A DNA stretch of 64,000 bases from an uncultured Chloroflexia bacterium (GTDB lineage: Bacteria > Chloroflexota > Limnocylindria > Limnocylindrales > CSP1-4): positions 72,155 through 136,154 of the forward strand of contig CAVRTH010000005.1 of the NCBI GenBank assembly GCA_963724095.1. The letters run 5' to 3'. Below, one piece after another: positions 1-11,726 of this stretch. Position numbers and translations under genes: made by a program. Every line of letters begins with the position of its first letter. Within the stretch, counting starts at the first letter, position 1. The notes below the pieces were generated by a model, which worked only from the letters and a program-made list of their open reading frames with translations, did no database searches and was not told the origin of the DNA.

Positions 1-144
1 TGGGCCTGGTCCGACGAGGCCAAGGAAGGCCTGACGGTCGCCGTCCAGGGAGAAAATGCCTGGACCGAAGAGATCATGAGCACTCCTACCTGGTTCTACG
101 AGCTGCAGAAGATCAACAAGGGCGGCGCCACCGTCGCCGAGTGA
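1..144 (+). CDS. 3' end of an ABC-transporter substrate-binding protein (family-5 peptide/nickel type), truncated by window edge
   Basis: Frame 1 is open from base 1 to TGA 142-144 (...TWFYELQKINKGGATVAE*). It lies directly upstream of DppB/C/D/F-like genes on the same strand. Confidence 0.45.
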   Translation, partial: WAWSDEAKEGLTVAVQGENAWTEEIMSTPTWFYELQKINKGGATVAE

Positions 145-164
145 TCATCCAGTAGCGTCTCGGG

Positions 165-226
165 CGTGACGTAGGTCACGCCGTGGGGGGTCGTGCAGGC
201 GCCCAGCGCCCAGCGCGACCCCCCAC
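165..226 (+). terminator. Two GC-rich hairpins between the binding-protein gene and the permease genes (possible intra-operon attenuator/terminator)
   Basis: cgtgac-gtag-gtcacg at 165-180. gtggggggtcg (183-193) pairs with cgaccccccac (216-226). No clear U-tract. Confidence 0.3.
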
Positions 227-301
227 ACGACTACCTTCCGCATTGACAGAGAATGTGTCCTACTCCACCCGGGCCATGTCGCCGCACCAGGTAGCCAGCT
301 G

Positions 302-1283
302 ATGGCTCAGTACCTGGCTCGACGCCTGCTTCAGGCCATCCCCATCGTCATCGGTGTCTCGATCATCGTCTTCATGATCGTGTATGCCTCACCGGGTCGA
401 TCCCACCGACCGCTTCCGCGTGCCGCGTGTCCCGCCGGAGCAGATCGAGGCGCTCATCCGCTCCTACGGTCTCGACAAGCCGTTACCAGAGCAGTACCTG
501 GCGTGGGTGACGACCTTCTTCCAGCCTTGGCACGTGGAGGCCTGGGGCTACAGTTTCACCGATGGCGTCCCCGTCATCGAGAAGGTCATGCATCGCCTGC
601 CGCCGACCATCCTGCTGATGGGCACGGCCCTCATCGTGACCATCATCTTCGCCATCCCCATCGGCATCATCGCCGCGGTGCGCCAGTACAGCTGGACCGA
701 CAAGATCATCACCACCTCGGCCACCATCGGCTACGCCCTGCCCTCGTTCCTGTTGGGCACCTACATCCTCTATCTCGGTGGCGTGCTGATGAAGCAGTGG
801 ACCGGCGGCGCCATCGGCTTCCCCCTCTTCGGTATGGAGAGCCTCGGTTCGCGCGGCGACCCGGTGGACATCGCCTGGCACCTGTTCATGCCGGTGCTCT
901 CATTGGCCATCCTCAGCATCGCCGCCTGGAGTCGCTACACGCGCTCCTCCATGCTCGACGTGTTGCACCAGGATTACGTGCGTACAGCCAAGGCCAAGGG
1001 CCTGCCTCGTCGCACGGTGTTGTACAAGCACGCCCTGCGCAACGCGATGATCCCCATCGTGACGCTGCTGGGCCTCTCGATCCCAACCCTCATCGCCGGC
1101 GCAGCCATCACCGAGACCATCTTCAGCTGGCCCGGTCTCGGATCGATGTACGTGGAGTCGGTAGGCAACAAGGACTACCCGGTCATCATGGCCCTGGCCA
1201 TGCTCAGCGGCATCGCGGTCATCCTCGGTAACCTGCTCGCTGACGTGCTCTACGGCTTCGTCGATCCGCGCATCAAGTACTAG
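302..1283 (+). pseudogene. ABC transporter permease, DppB/OppB type; frame broken once in the sequence as given
   Basis: N-terminus MAQYLARRLLQAIPIVIGVSIIVFMIVYASPG is in the frame of ORF 302. The rest (DPTDRF...FVDPRIKY*) is in the frame of ORF 384..1283. One extra base (c398) sits next to GATC 399-402. Confidence 0.85.
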
Positions 1284-1441
1284 GGAGTGACGTCATCGCT
1301 ACGGTAAAGCCCCAGGACACCGCGAGCCCCATCGCGGTCGTACCTGCCGCCGCGGCCGACTCCGATGATTTCGACGAGGTCGATCTCGTACCGGTCCGCA
1401 CGTACTGGCAGCTCGTCCGGCGGCGCTTCCTGCGCCACCGC

Positions 1442-2251
1442 ATGGCCGTCATCTCGCTGATCGTCCTGGCAGTCCTCATCGCTTTCGCAGTCCTGGTGCC
1501 GGTGTTCACCGGCGACTTGTACAAGGATCCCAGCCTGGCCAAGATCTACGCGCCACCGGAGTTCCCGAACGCACCGTTGGGCTACGACGAGATCGGCCAG
1601 AACGTGTTCGTGCGCCTGGCCAAAGCGACCCAGACTTCGCTCATCGTGGGTTTCAGTGCCGTCATCATCATCGCCGGCCTCGGCAGCCTCGTCGGTGCCG
1701 TCGCGGGCTATGTGGGTGGCTGGGTGGACAACGCCCTGATGCGCTTCGTGGATGTGGTGCTCACGCTGCCGATCCTCTTCATCATCCTGATGATCGTGTC
1801 CTTCTTCGGGCAGGGAAACGTGTGGGTCGTGGTCATCGCCATCGGCATCACCGGCTGGACGCTGGCGGCACGCCTCATCCGTGGGGAGTTCCTGATGCTG
1901 CGCGAGATGGATTTCGTGCAGGCTGCGCGGGCCCTCGGCGCCAGCCATCGCCGCATCGTCTTCCGCCACATGCTGCCGCCGGCCACGGGACCACTCATCG
2001 TGGCCGCGGCCATCGGCGTTGCCGACGCGGTCGTGATCGAGGCGGCCCTGTCATTCCTCGGCTTCGGCATCAGCCTGCCTGAGGCCAGCTTGGGCAACAT
2101 GCTCAACAATGCCCAGACGTACTTCATCCGCGCGCCCCTCATGGTGGTGTGGCCCGGCATGATCCTGGTGCTCATGGTCCTCTCGGCCAGCTTCCTCGGC
2201 GATGGACTGCGCGATGCGCTCGACCCGCGCCAGAAGATCGACGTCAAGTGA
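1442..2251 (+). CDS. ABC transporter permease, DppC/OppC type
   Basis: ORF 1442..2251 is TM-rich with a typical C-terminus [14 protein letters not shown]. In-frame codons 1286-1441 encode a family-like ...TYWQLVRRRFLRHR segment but contain no ATG/GTG/TTG, so the 5' end is uncertain. Confidence 0.85.
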   Translation: MAVISLIVLAVLIAFAVLVPVFTGDLYKDPSLAKIYAPPEFPNAPLGYDEIGQNVFVRLAKATQTSLIVGFSAVIIIAGLGSLVGAVAGYVGGWVDNALMRFVDVVLTLPILFIILMIVSFFGQGNVWVVVIAIGITGWTLAARLIRGEFLMLREMDFVQAARALGASHRRIVFRHMLPPATGPLIVAAAIGVADAVVIEAALSFLGFGISLPEASLGNMLNNAQTYFIRAPLMVVWPGMILVLMVLSASFLGDGLRDALDPRQKIDVK

Positions 2252-3393
2252 CCGCCCAGTTGGAGAAGCCGGCCGTGACTGATACCGGCGACCACGACAT
2301 GATCCTCGAGGTCGACGGCATGCGGACGTGGTTCGACACGCTTGACGGCACCGTCAAGGCCGTCGACGGGGTCAGCTTTGCCATCCGGCGCGGCCAGACG
2401 CTGGGCATGGTAGGGGAATCCGGTTGTGGCAAGAGCGTCACGGCGATGTCCGTGATGCGACTCATCGAACGCCCCGGCCGCATCGTGGCCGGCACTGCCC
2501 GGCTGCGCGGCGTCGACCTGCTGGGCCTCTCGGAGAAGGAGATGGAGTCCACCCGGGGCAACCGCATCTCCATGATCTTCCAGGAACCGATGACCTCGCT
2601 CAACCCGGTGTTCACCTGCGGCGACCAGATCAGCGAGGCGCTGACCCGGCATCGAGACATGGGCCAGAAGGAAGCCGGCCAGCGTGCCGTCGAGATGCTG
2701 GCGCGTGTCGGCATCCCCGAGCCCAAGCAGCGTGCTCGGCAGTACCCACACGAGCTCTCGGGGGGCATGCGCCAACGCGTCATGATCGCCATGGCCCTGT
2801 CGACCGAGCCCGAGCTGCTCATCGCCGACGAGCCCACCACCGCGCTCGACGTCACCATCCAGGCCCAGATCCTGGAGCTGATGAAGGAGCTGCGTGAGCA
2901 GAACGACATGGCCATCATGCTCATCACGCACGACCTCGGCGTCGTGGCCGAGATGGCCGACGAGGTGGTGGTGATGTACGGCGGCAAGGTCGTCGAACGC
3001 TCCGACGCGATCACCGTCTACGAGCAACCACACCACCCCTACACCAAGGGTCTGCTGGCCTCCATCCCCAAGCTGGGCGAGCGCCGTCGCCGACTCGATG
3101 TCATCCGTGGTGTCGTGCCCAACCCGCTCAATCTGCCCAGCGGCTGTCTCTTCAAGCGTCGCTGCCCCGTGGCCATGCCCGTCTGCGACGCGGCACCCCC
3201 GGTGCGCAGCCTGGCCGCGGATCATGTCTCGCGCTGCTGGCTCGACCCCGACGGCGCGCCGCCGGCGATCGGCGCGGAAGCGGCGCCGGACGTGGCTGCC
3301 GCTGCCGCGTTGCAGCTGTCGATCGAGCCACCGGTGCTCGACGAGCCCGTCAGCGACGAGGCCGCCAGTCGCCGGAAGGGGAAGGGCTCGTGA
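2248..3393 (+). CDS. Peptide ABC transporter ATP-binding protein, DppD/OppD type
   Basis: Walker A GESGCGKS, signature LSGGMRQR, Walker [16 protein letters not shown] 2248 overlaps the permease stop (GTGA). Confidence 0.9.
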   Translation: MTAQLEKPAVTDTGDHDMILEVDGMRTWFDTLDGTVKAVDGVSFAIRRGQTLGMVGESGCGKSVTAMSVMRLIERPGRIVAGTARLRGVDLLGLSEKEMESTRGNRISMIFQEPMTSLNPVFTCGDQISEALTRHRDMGQKEAGQRAVEMLARVGIPEPKQRARQYPHELSGGMRQRVMIAMALSTEPELLIADEPTTALDVTIQAQILELMKELREQNDMAIMLITHDLGVVAEMADEVVVMYGGKVVERSDAITVYEQPHHPYTKGLLASIPKLGERRRRLDVIRGVVPNPLNLPSGCLFKRRCPVAMPVCDAAPPVRSLAADHVSRCWLDPDGAPPAIGAEAAPDVAAAAALQLSIEPPVLDEPVSDEAASRRKGKGS

Positions 3394-4529
3394 CAGAGCA
3401 GTCCTTCGTCGAGCCCAACACGCTCAGCGTCCGTCCCACGTCCGGTACCGATGTGCCCCTGCTGCGCGTCGATGACCTGGTCAAGCATTTCCCCATCAAG
3501 GGCGGGTTGTTCGGCTTCAATACCGTGGCCGCCGTCCGCGCTGTCGACGGCGTCTCGTTCGACGTCAGGCGCGGTGAGACGCTCGGCCTGGTGGGCGAGT
3601 CCGGTTGCGGCAAGACCACCTTGGGCAAGGTCATCCTGCAGCTCCTCGACGCCACTGGCGGGCACATCTACCTGAAGGGCAAGGACGTCACCACCATGTC
3701 CAAGTCCGAGCGGGCGGAGGTCCCCAAGCAGATGCAGGTGGTCTTCCAGGATCCGTACGCCAGCCTCAACCCGCGGATGACCGTGGGCGAGATCGTGGGC
3801 GAAGGACCCATGGTCCACGGCATGAAGAACAAGACGGAACGGGATGAGCTGGTGCGCGATCTGCTGGCCAAGGTGGGTCTCAACCAGAGCCACATCCACC
3901 GCTACCCCCACGAGTTCAGCGGTGGACAGCGCCAGCGCATCGGCATCGCCCGTGCACTCGCCCTGAATCCCGATTTCATCGTGCTCGACGAGCCCGTCTC
4001 CGCTCTGGACGTCTCCATCCAGAGCCAGGTCCTCAACCTGCTGGCCGATCTGCAGGAGGACCTGGGCCTGACCTATCTCTTCATCGCCCACAACCTGGCC
4101 GTGGTGCAGCACATCAGCGACCGCGTGGGTGTCATGTACCTGGGCAAGCTCGTGGAGCTGGCCGATGTCGACAGCCTCTACGCCCAGCCGCGCCACCCGT
4201 ACTCGGTGGCGTTGCTCTCGGCCGTACCGGAGGCCGATCCGCGGCGCCGCAAGAAGCGGCTCGTGTTGAAGGGCGATGTGCCCAGCCCGGTGGCGCCCCC
4301 GTCAGGCTGTCGCTTCCACACGCGCTGCTGGCTGCGTGAGCAGCTGGCCAACCCAGAGATCTGCGAGACCGAGGAGCCCCAGCTGCGCGCCGTTGGCCCC
4401 GGCCATCAGAGTGCCTGCCACTTCGCCGAGGACGTGACCGAAGGCGCCGTCACTGCCGCGGCGGAGGCAAGCCGAGAGAGCCTGATCCCGTCGTCTCCCG
4501 TTCTCGAAGTGGACGCTGACGCGGCCTGA
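3390..4529 (+). CDS. Peptide ABC transporter ATP-binding protein, DppF/OppF type
   Basis: [39 protein letters not shown] 3390 overlaps the upstream TGA. Confidence 0.9.
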   Translation: MTEQSFVEPNTLSVRPTSGTDVPLLRVDDLVKHFPIKGGLFGFNTVAAVRAVDGVSFDVRRGETLGLVGESGCGKTTLGKVILQLLDATGGHIYLKGKDVTTMSKSERAEVPKQMQVVFQDPYASLNPRMTVGEIVGEGPMVHGMKNKTERDELVRDLLAKVGLNQSHIHRYPHEFSGGQRQRIGIARALALNPDFIVLDEPVSALDVSIQSQVLNLLADLQEDLGLTYLFIAHNLAVVQHISDRVGVMYLGKLVELADVDSLYAQPRHPYSVALLSAVPEADPRRRKKRLVLKGDVPSPVAPPSGCRFHTRCWLREQLANPEICETEEPQLRAVGPGHQSACHFAEDVTEGAVTAAAEASRESLIPSSPVLEVDADAA

Positions 4530-4596
4530 CCTCGAGATCAGTGTCGGGGCCTGACTTTGGTATGCGGGGTGACCGTCGCGCGCGGAGTGACGGACC

Positions 4597-5094
4597 TCAG
4601 TTCGTCATCCAGTCGATCCGTAGCTGCCAGGTCTTGCAGTCGGGGTCGCGTTGCTCGAGCTTGTAGGTGCCCTGGGGCAGATCGTTGACGGTGGCGTTGA
4701 ATCGCGCCGAGGTCGATGCCTTGACGTACTCGAAGTCGCCGTCCTGCTGGACCACTGCGACCTCGACACGCTCACACGCATCGGGGGAGTCGTCGGGGGG
4801 TGTGTCCCAGGCCAGCCGGTAGCGACCGCTGATGAGGCCGAAGGTGGCAGCGGGATCGTCCTCGCTGGTCTGGGCGGCCTTCTTGGTGAACTCGGGCAGC
4901 GGCGTCGTGTCTGGCGCGCTCTCGATGGCTGCCGTGGTCGCTGCGCCCGCCTCCGCAGTCGTGTCGGCGGCTTCGCTGGCGGCGGGCGCTGGTGTGCCCT
5001 CGTCCACCGCTGCTGGCGTGGCGCTGTCTCCACCGCACGCCGCAGCAGCGAGTCCGATGGCCAGGATCAGAGCGGCGGTTGCGGTCGGCCTCAT
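4597..5094 (-). CDS. Hypothetical lipoprotein
   Basis: Internal start gives MRPTATAALILAIGLAAAAC (signal peptide plus lipobox Cys), then an Ala/Thr/Pro-rich linker and a ~100-aa domain. The longer ORF to 5310 adds only an Arg/Gly-rich extension. Confidence 0.55.
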   Translation of the reverse strand: MRPTATAALILAIGLAAAACGGDSATPAAVDEGTPAPAASEAADTTAEAGAATTAAIESAPDTTPLPEFTKKAAQTSEDDPAATFGLISGRYRLAWDTPPDDSPDACERVEVAVVQQDGDFEYVKASTSARFNATVNDLPQGTYKLEQRDPDCKTWQLRIDWMTN

Positions 5095-5330
5095 TCGCTC
5101 CCTCACATGCGAAGCATCAGGCAGCCAGCCTAGCATGGCCACCGGCAGTGCCGGCATGGCCGCAGCCGCGATGGACGAGCTACCCGAGCCACCCGAGCCC
5201 TCACGCCACCGATGCCGTCCAGCCGCCCCTCCGCGTGTCGTCGGCGTGCCACGACACCGCGCCGCAGGCCATGGCCATGACTGCCGGACCGCGGTCGGCC
5301 CCACCGGCACGCTTGCGGCCTTCGCCAGTC

Positions 5331-6420
5331 CTAGCTGACCACTTCCTCGATCCGTGAGGCCTTCTCCAGCTCGATGGCGCTGGTCTCACGGAAGTGACAG
5401 GCGACCAGTTGCTCCTCGCCATCGTTCGGCAGGGGGTCGATGAGCTGCGGGACATCGCCTGAGCAGATGTCGGGCTCCCCCAGACGACCTCGCAGCCAGC
5501 AGCGCGGATGGAAGTTGCAGCCCTCCGGCGGGTTCACCGGACTGGGCACGTCACCGCTCAGGATGATGCGCTTGCGTTCGAGCGTGGGGTCGGGGACGGG
5601 GATGGCTGACATCAGCGCCATGGTGTACGGGTGACGCGGGTCGCGGTAGAACTGCTCGCGGTTGGTCAGCTCGGCTACACGTCCCAGGTACATCACCGCC
5701 ACACGATCGCTGATGTGTTCGACCACGCCGAGGTTGTGGGCGATGAACAGGTAGGTCAGTCCGAACTCCTTCTGGAGCGACTTGAGCAGGTTCAGCACCT
5801 GCGCCTGGATGGACACGTCGAGCGCGGAGACGGGCTCGTCGCAGACGATGATCTCCGGCTCCAGCACGAGGGCGCGGGCGATGCCGATGCGCTGCCGCTG
5901 GCCGCCGGAGAACTCGTGCGGATAGCGGTCGGCGTGATACGGCTGTAGGCCCACCAGGTCCATGATGTCGGCGACCTTCTGGCGCCGCTCCGCGGTGGTG
6001 CCGAGGTCGTGGATGCGCAGGCCCTCGCCGATGCTGTCACCCACCAGCTGGCGCGGATCGAGCGAGGCGAACGGGTCCTGGAAGACGATCTGCATCTTGC
6101 GGCGATAGGGCTGGAGCGCCTTGCCCTGGAGCTCGGTGATGTCCGTGCCGTCGAAGATGATGCGTCCGCCGGTGGGTTCGATGAGGCGCAGCAAGCAGGC
6201 GCCCGATGGTGGTCTTGCCGCAGCCGGATTCGCCGACCAGGCCCAGCGTCTCGCCGCGACCGATCTCGAGGTCCACGCCGTCGACGGCGCGCACTTCGGC
6301 CACCGTCCGTTGCAGCACGCCAGCCTTGATGGGAAAGGCCTTCTTGAGACCCTCGAGGCGGATCAGGGGGTCCTTGACCCTGGTCGTGCCGAGCGTCGTG
6401 AGCACCTTGGCGTCAGTCAT
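5331..6420 (-). pseudogene. Peptide ABC ATP-binding protein, OppF type; one frameshift
   Basis: ORF 6037..6438 (MTDAKVL...[14 protein letters not shown]) continues in ORF 5331..6194 (LRLIEPTGG...FSGGQRQR...[12 protein letters not shown]). The junction is near 6195-6197 (ctgct[t]gctg on the coding strand). Confidence 0.85.
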
Positions 6421-7474
6421 GCCCCAGCCTCCGGCCACTCGTTCGGGTCAGGACGGGGACTGCCGTCCTCATGGTGGTAGAGCCAGCAGCGCACCAGGTG
6501 ACCCTGCTCGACCGATCGCAGCTCCGGGTGGGCTCGCTCAGCGAGGACGTTGCCGTGCTACCTCGCGAGCGCGGCAGCGTGGAGCGAAGCGACAGCCAGC
6601 GGGTAGCTCGATGAGGTTGGGCACCGAATCCGGGGATGGTGGCCAGCTCGTCGAGGATCTCGCCCGGCACCGGCACTGCGCCGATGAGGCCCTGGGTGTA
6701 GGGATGCTTGGGGTCGGCGAACATCGTTCGCACATCGGTCTGCTCGACGATCTCGCCGGCGTACATGACCGCGGCCCGATCGCACATCTCGGCGACCACG
6801 CCCAGGTCGTGCGTGATGAGGACGATGGCGGTGCCGGTCTCCTTCTGGAGCATGCGCATGAGGTCGAGGATCTGCGCCTGGATGGTGACGTCGAGCGCCG
6901 TGGTGGGCTCGTCGGCGATGAGCAGCTCCGGCTCGCACGAGAGCGCGATGGCGATCATCACGCGCTGGGCCATGCCGCCGGACATCTCGTAGGGATAGGC
7001 CTCGTAGCGCGCCTTGGGGTCGGGGATGCCGACCATGTCCATGAGCTCGAGGCTGCGCTGCGCGTGCCCGGCCTTCTCGTCGAGGTCGCGATGGATCAGC
7101 AGCGCCTCGGCGATCTGCGGGCCGACCTTCATGACCGGGTTCAGCGACGACTGCGGTTGCTGGAAGATCATGGCGATGCGGTCGCCGCGGATCTTGCGCA
7201 TCTCGTCATCGGACAGCGTCAGCAGGTCCGGCCCCCGAAGAGGACCTCGCCGCCCTCGACCCTGCCGGGTTCGCCCACCAGGCCGAGGATGCTCAGCGAG
7301 GTCACCGACTTGCCGCAGCCGGACTCACCGACCAGGCCCAGGACTTCGCCCTTGTTCACGTGGAAGTCGACGCCGGTGACGGCCCGGATGATGCCGGCGC
7401 GCGTGTAGAACGACGTGCTGCAGGCCCTTGACCTCCAGGATGCGCTGCGCGTCTTGGTGACTGACGCCATTCAC
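6417..7474 (-). pseudogene. Peptide ABC ATP-binding protein, OppD type; at least 4 frameshifts
   Basis: Pieces lie in three frames: [19 protein letters not shown] / [18 protein letters not shown]...GESGCGKS / [14 protein letters not shown]...MSGGMAQR...[12 protein letters not shown] / [17 protein letters not shown] / [11 protein letters not shown]...*. The stop overlaps the next ATG (ATGA at 6417-6420). Confidence 0.8.
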
Positions 7475-7482
7475 GGCAGCCG

Positions 7483-8471
7483 TCACCTGTTGAGCCTCGG
7501 ATCGAGCGCATCACGGATGCCGTCACCAAGCAGGTTGAAGCCCAGCACCATCACCGTCAGCGCGAAGGCCGGCGCCAGCACCAGCAGGGGACGACGTGAA
7601 GATGGAGTTGAAGTCGCGCCCGATCATGGCGCCCCACTCGCGCTACTGGCTCTCGGATGCCCAGGCCCAGGAAGGACAGGGCGGCGACCTCCAGCACGGC
7701 CGTGGCGATGCCGAGCGAGCCGGCCACGATGAGCGGGGTGATCGGAGTTGGGGATGATGCGCCGACGCAGGATGCCGGAACTCGACTCGCCCAACGCCCG
7801 CGAGGCGGTGACGTAGTCGCTTCTCTCGGGTCGAGAGCACGGCCGAGCGCGTGAGGCGTGCGTAGAGTGGGATGCTGACGATGACCACCGCGGCTACGCG
7901 CGTTGTAGCAGGCCATTGCCGATGAGCGTGACGATGGCGATGGCCAGGATCAAGGCCGGGAAGGAGAGCACGATGTCCATGATGCGCATCAGGACGTTGT
8001 CGGGCCAGCCGCTGGCCCAGCCGGCGACGGCACCGAAAAGCGCGCCGATGAGGATGGCGAAGCCCGACCACGGGGCCCGAGGGGGAGGGAGATCGCGTGA
8101 CCCGTAGCACGACGCGACTGAAGATGTCGCGACTGTTGCCGTCAGTGCCCAGACAGGTCTCCATCTGGTCTGCCGGGCATCCCCAGGCTCCCAGCGACGG
8201 GCAACTCATAGAAGAGGTGGATACAGGGCTCGGCTCGCCTACCGGGTTCGCCGGGACCGTTGAGGTTGCTCGGTCTCGGCGCGTAGGGTGCGATGAAGTC
8301 GGCGAAGATCGCGGTGAACACCAGGATGGCCAGCAGGAAGAGGCCGACCCGCGCCGAGCGCTGCGCCAGGATGTTGCGCAGCGTCTCGCTGATGCTTGGC
8401 ACTGCGGGCGGAGCCGGAGGTCTGGGCACTCTGCCGAGCCGCCACGTTCTCCCTGTTGCCGCCGAAGTCAC
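7483..8471 (-). pseudogene. ABC permease, OppC type; multiple frameshifts
   Basis: Fragments ISETLRNILAQRSARVGLFLLAILVFTAIFADFIAPYAP, LGTDGNSRDIFSRVV, AAVVIVSIPLYARLTRSAVLSTREK, ITPLIVAGSLGIATAVLEVAALSFLGLGI and a terminal ...LDPRLNR* lie in different frames of the - strand. Confidence 0.75.
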
Positions 8472-8489
8472 GCGGTCACGATGCGCGGC

Positions 8490-9592
8490 TCACTTCAGCC
8501 GGATCCGCGGGTCAAGGAAGGCGTAGGAGATGTCCACGAATGAGGTTCACGCGTCAGGTAGATGACGGCGATGATGAGCGTGAACGCCTGGACCACGATG
8601 TAGTCGCGCGCCACGATCGATTCGTACATGGTGCGACCCACGCCGGTCAGGTTGAAGACCGTCTCGGTCAGCACGGCGCCGGCCAGGAGCAGGCCCAGCT
8701 GCAGGCCGATGATGGTGACCACCGGGATCATGGCGTTGCGGAAGGCGTGCTTGCGCAGCACGTTGCGCTCCGACACGCCCTTGGCGCGTGCGGTGCGGAT
8801 GTAGTCGAGGCCCAGGACCTCCAGCAGCGACGAGCGCGTGATGCGCGCGATGATCGCCAGCGAGATGGTGCCCAACGCGATGACCGGCAGGATGAGGTGC
8901 TGGACCGCGTCGATCCACTGGTCCCACTGCAGCGTGACCAGGAAGCTGATGGTGTAGAGGCCGGAGAGGAAGTCGAGGCACCGCCCGCGATGCCGCCGAC
9001 GTCCTCCAGGCCGAAGGCCTGTGGGCAGGGTCTGGTACTCCAGTCCCGGTGACAGTCGACCCGACGGCGGGAGGCCGATGCGCACCCCGAGCAGGTCGTT
9101 CGGTGATGTTGGGCAGGGCCACCGCGAAGCTGAACTGCAGCAGCAGCGCCAGCACGAAGATGGGGATGGAAACGCCCAGGATGGCCACGAACATCGTGGT
9201 CACGTCGGTCCGCGAGTTACGCCGAAGTGCCGAGATGAGGCCCAGGCTGACACCGGCGATCGAGGCGAAGATGCAGCGAGTAGGTCGCCAGTTCGACGGT
9301 GGTGGGCAGGCGCTCGATGAGGATCTCGGTGACGGGCCGTCCGTAGCGGATCGAATCACCGAGGTCGCCGGTGAAGAGCTGCTGGATGTAGAGGACGAAC
9401 TGGACGTAGGATGGGCTCGTTCAGCCCGAAGCGTTCGTTGAAGTCATTGCAGATGGCGTCCGTGGCGCGCTCTCCGAGCGCCGAGAGGCAGGGATCGCCC
9501 GGCAGGAGCCGAGCGATGACGAAGACGATGGCGATGATGCCGAACAGCGTGATGAGGCTGAGCAGCACGCGCCGGATGATGTATTGGGTCAT
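8490..9592 (-). pseudogene. ABC permease, OppB type; multiple frameshifts
   Basis: MTQYIIRRVLLSLITLFGIIAIVFVIARLLPGDP (ORF 9356..9622), IFASIAGVSLGLISALRRNSRTDV (ORF 8547..9359) and LDYIRTARAKGVSERNVLRKHAFRNAMIPVVT (ORF 8495..9085) are in different frames. The expected end NLIVDISYAFLDPRIRLK* is only recovered after removing 2 bases. Confidence 0.75.
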
Positions 9593-9695
9593 CCCATCCC
9601 GTACGGTGGTTTGGACCGGCATGGTCCGGTCAGGCGTGAGATGAAGGGCGCCGCCTTGAGGCGGCGCCCTTCGTCCCTACGACTCGAAGGGTCGA

Positions 9696-11423
9696 CTACT
9701 CCTCGGCGGAGGGCGGGTTCAGGAAACCACCCCACAGGGCCGGGAAGTAGGTGAAGCTGCCGTCGCGCCCGACGTGCAGCGGGTTGGCGGCATCCCACTG
9801 GACGGCATACGACGTCACGACGTCGTTGGCGTCGAGCGCGGCGCCGTTCTGGAACGTCACGCCATCCTGCGGAGCGTGCAGGTCCAGACGGTGAGGTCCT
9901 CGTTGGCGGTGCACTCCTTGGCCAGGCGCGGCATGGTGGCGGTGCCACCGACCTCGAAGGCGTAGAGCGGCTCCATGATCTGCTCGCAGGCGCGGAGGGA
10001 CTCGCCGTCGGTCTCGTCGGCACAGTACATGCCGATGGGCTCGGCGTTCTGCATGAACACGAGCTGGTCATCAGCACCCGGGCCGACGGCCGCGAACTCC
10101 TCGTTGCCGAGCGGCGAGGAGTGTGCTCCCTCGACGTCGGCTCGCCATGCCGTGGACGAACCACCGCGGGCGATCGGGACCATCGGGCACGTGCTGGGCA
10201 AGCAGCGTGTTGGCCTCGGCATAGGCCGCCGCGCGGGCGGCCGGGTCAGCGCGGTCGCGCCCTGCTTCAGCGCCGCATGGATGTCAGCGAAGCCGTTGCC
10301 GAACTGGTTGCTGGCACCGGGGCCGAAGTGGTAGTCGAGGAAGTTGGTCGGATCGGGGTAGTCGGCGTTCCAGCCGAGCAGGTGGAAGCCCGCCAGGTTG
10401 CCGGCGTCCGAGTTGTCGATGAACGTGCCCGACTCCTGGACGTCGATGGTGGTGGTGATGCCGAGGTTCTGCTGGAGCTGGTCCTGGAGGTCGACGGCGA
10501 CCTGCTCAGGGAAGGGCAGGTAGGAGCGGTCGACGACGCGCAGGGAGATGGGAACCTCGGGGAAGGCATCGAGACCCTCCTCGGCCAGGCCCTCGGCCAG
10601 CAGTACCTTGGCGGCCTCGGGGTCGAAGGACGGGAACGGCATCGCCTTCACAGGCGAAGGGGATCGAGCACGGCGTGAAGTAGTCCGCCACGGACGAGCC
10701 CGGGCTGTAGAACTGGTCGACGATGCGGTTCTTGTCGATGCCCATGGCGATGGCCTGGCGGATCTTCTCGTTGTCGAAGGGCGGGTACGTGTTGTTCATG
10801 CCCACGTAGAAGATATTGAGGCCTTCGCGCGGGAGGACCTCCAGCGCCGGGTCGGCCTCGATGGCGTCGAGGTCATCGACGCTCGGGTTGTCGATGCCGT
10901 CCACGGTGCCGGACTGCAGCTCGATGAGCTTCTGGCCGGGCTGGGACGACCATCGCAGCACGGTTCGGTCGTTCATCGGCGCCTCGCCCCAGTAGTCGGG
11001 GTTGGCCGCGAAGATGAGTTCCTGACCGCGTCGCCACTCCTCGAGGCTGAAGGGGCCGGTGCCATTGGGATGCGTCGACGAGGCTCCCGCCACCGCCGGT
11101 CTCGATGAGGTAGTCCGCAGTCGTTGATGGCGAACGGCGAGAAGGCGACCTTGGGCAGGAACGCCGGATCCGGGTTGCAGAGGGTGAAGACGACGGTCGA
11201 GTCGGCGGTCGCCTCGATCTTGGCCAGGTTGCCGGTGTAGTCCCCGCCGTTGAAGGTGCTCGTTCGCGCAATCGACGTCGGCATATGTGGGATAGGCCGC
11301 GTAGCCGCCCTCCGGCGGTGCTTCAGGCGCGCCTTGGGCGAACACCGGAGCGGCGGACATCGCCATTAGGGCGACGGCGCCGCCGATGGCGGCCGCAGAC
11401 GCCCATGTGGGTCGTCGGGTCAT
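9696..11423 (-). pseudogene. Family-5 peptide-binding protein (OppA/DppA type); multiple frameshifts
   Basis: Signal peptide MTRRPTWASAAAIGGAVALMAMSAAPVFAQG. Family-like blocks (GTGPFSLEEWRRGQELIFAANPDYWGEAP; NIFYVGMNNTYPPFDNEKIRQAIAMGIDK; GWNADYPDPTNFLDYHF) are scattered over ORFs 10506..11423, 10973..11284, 9857..10651 and 9696..9914. Confidence 0.8.
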
Positions 11424-11726
11424 CGTGTCTCCTCTTGCTTACCGCGACGGAGACGGGGGGCACTCCAGGGAGGACCGCGGCCAAGCGCGGATGCCTTGGG
11501 TGGCAACCGGCCTCGTCCGTGCTGTCCTTCTCAACAGCCAGCCCGCAGGTGCGCAACACGACACAGTGCTCGCACCCTTCGCGGCGTGTCCGAAGACTAG
11601 CACCGTGCTGCCAGCGTCGTCACGTCCGCAGCCAATGACGGCCCCAGAGGTGCTGCCACCAGCGCCGCCGCGTCGAGGGCACCGGTCCGCCACGACCGAC
11701 GCGCAGCGGCGGCATACACTGCAGCC

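Noticed and set aside
1708-3225. Very long ORFs antisense or out of frame to recognised genes. Examples: 1708..3225(-), 3222..4196(-), 6206..7408(+), 16432..17376(-), 17589..18671(-), 19554..20810(+), 37416..38519(-), 40375..42549(-), 42198..43163(-), 43436..44389(-), 45397..46275(-), 47884..48717(-), 57847..58758(-), 59217..60359(+), 61416..62306(-), 62171..62911(-).
   Set aside because: Their translations are Arg/Gly/Ala/Pro-rich with no motifs. Each lies opposite or across a gene with strong family signatures. These are the GC-rich shadow ORFs expected at this base composition.
4597-5310. The full 237-aa ORF as the lipoprotein gene.
   Set aside because: The first 72 codons are Arg/Gly/Trp-rich and non-protein-like. 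The internal Met at 5094 gives a canonical signal peptide and lipobox.
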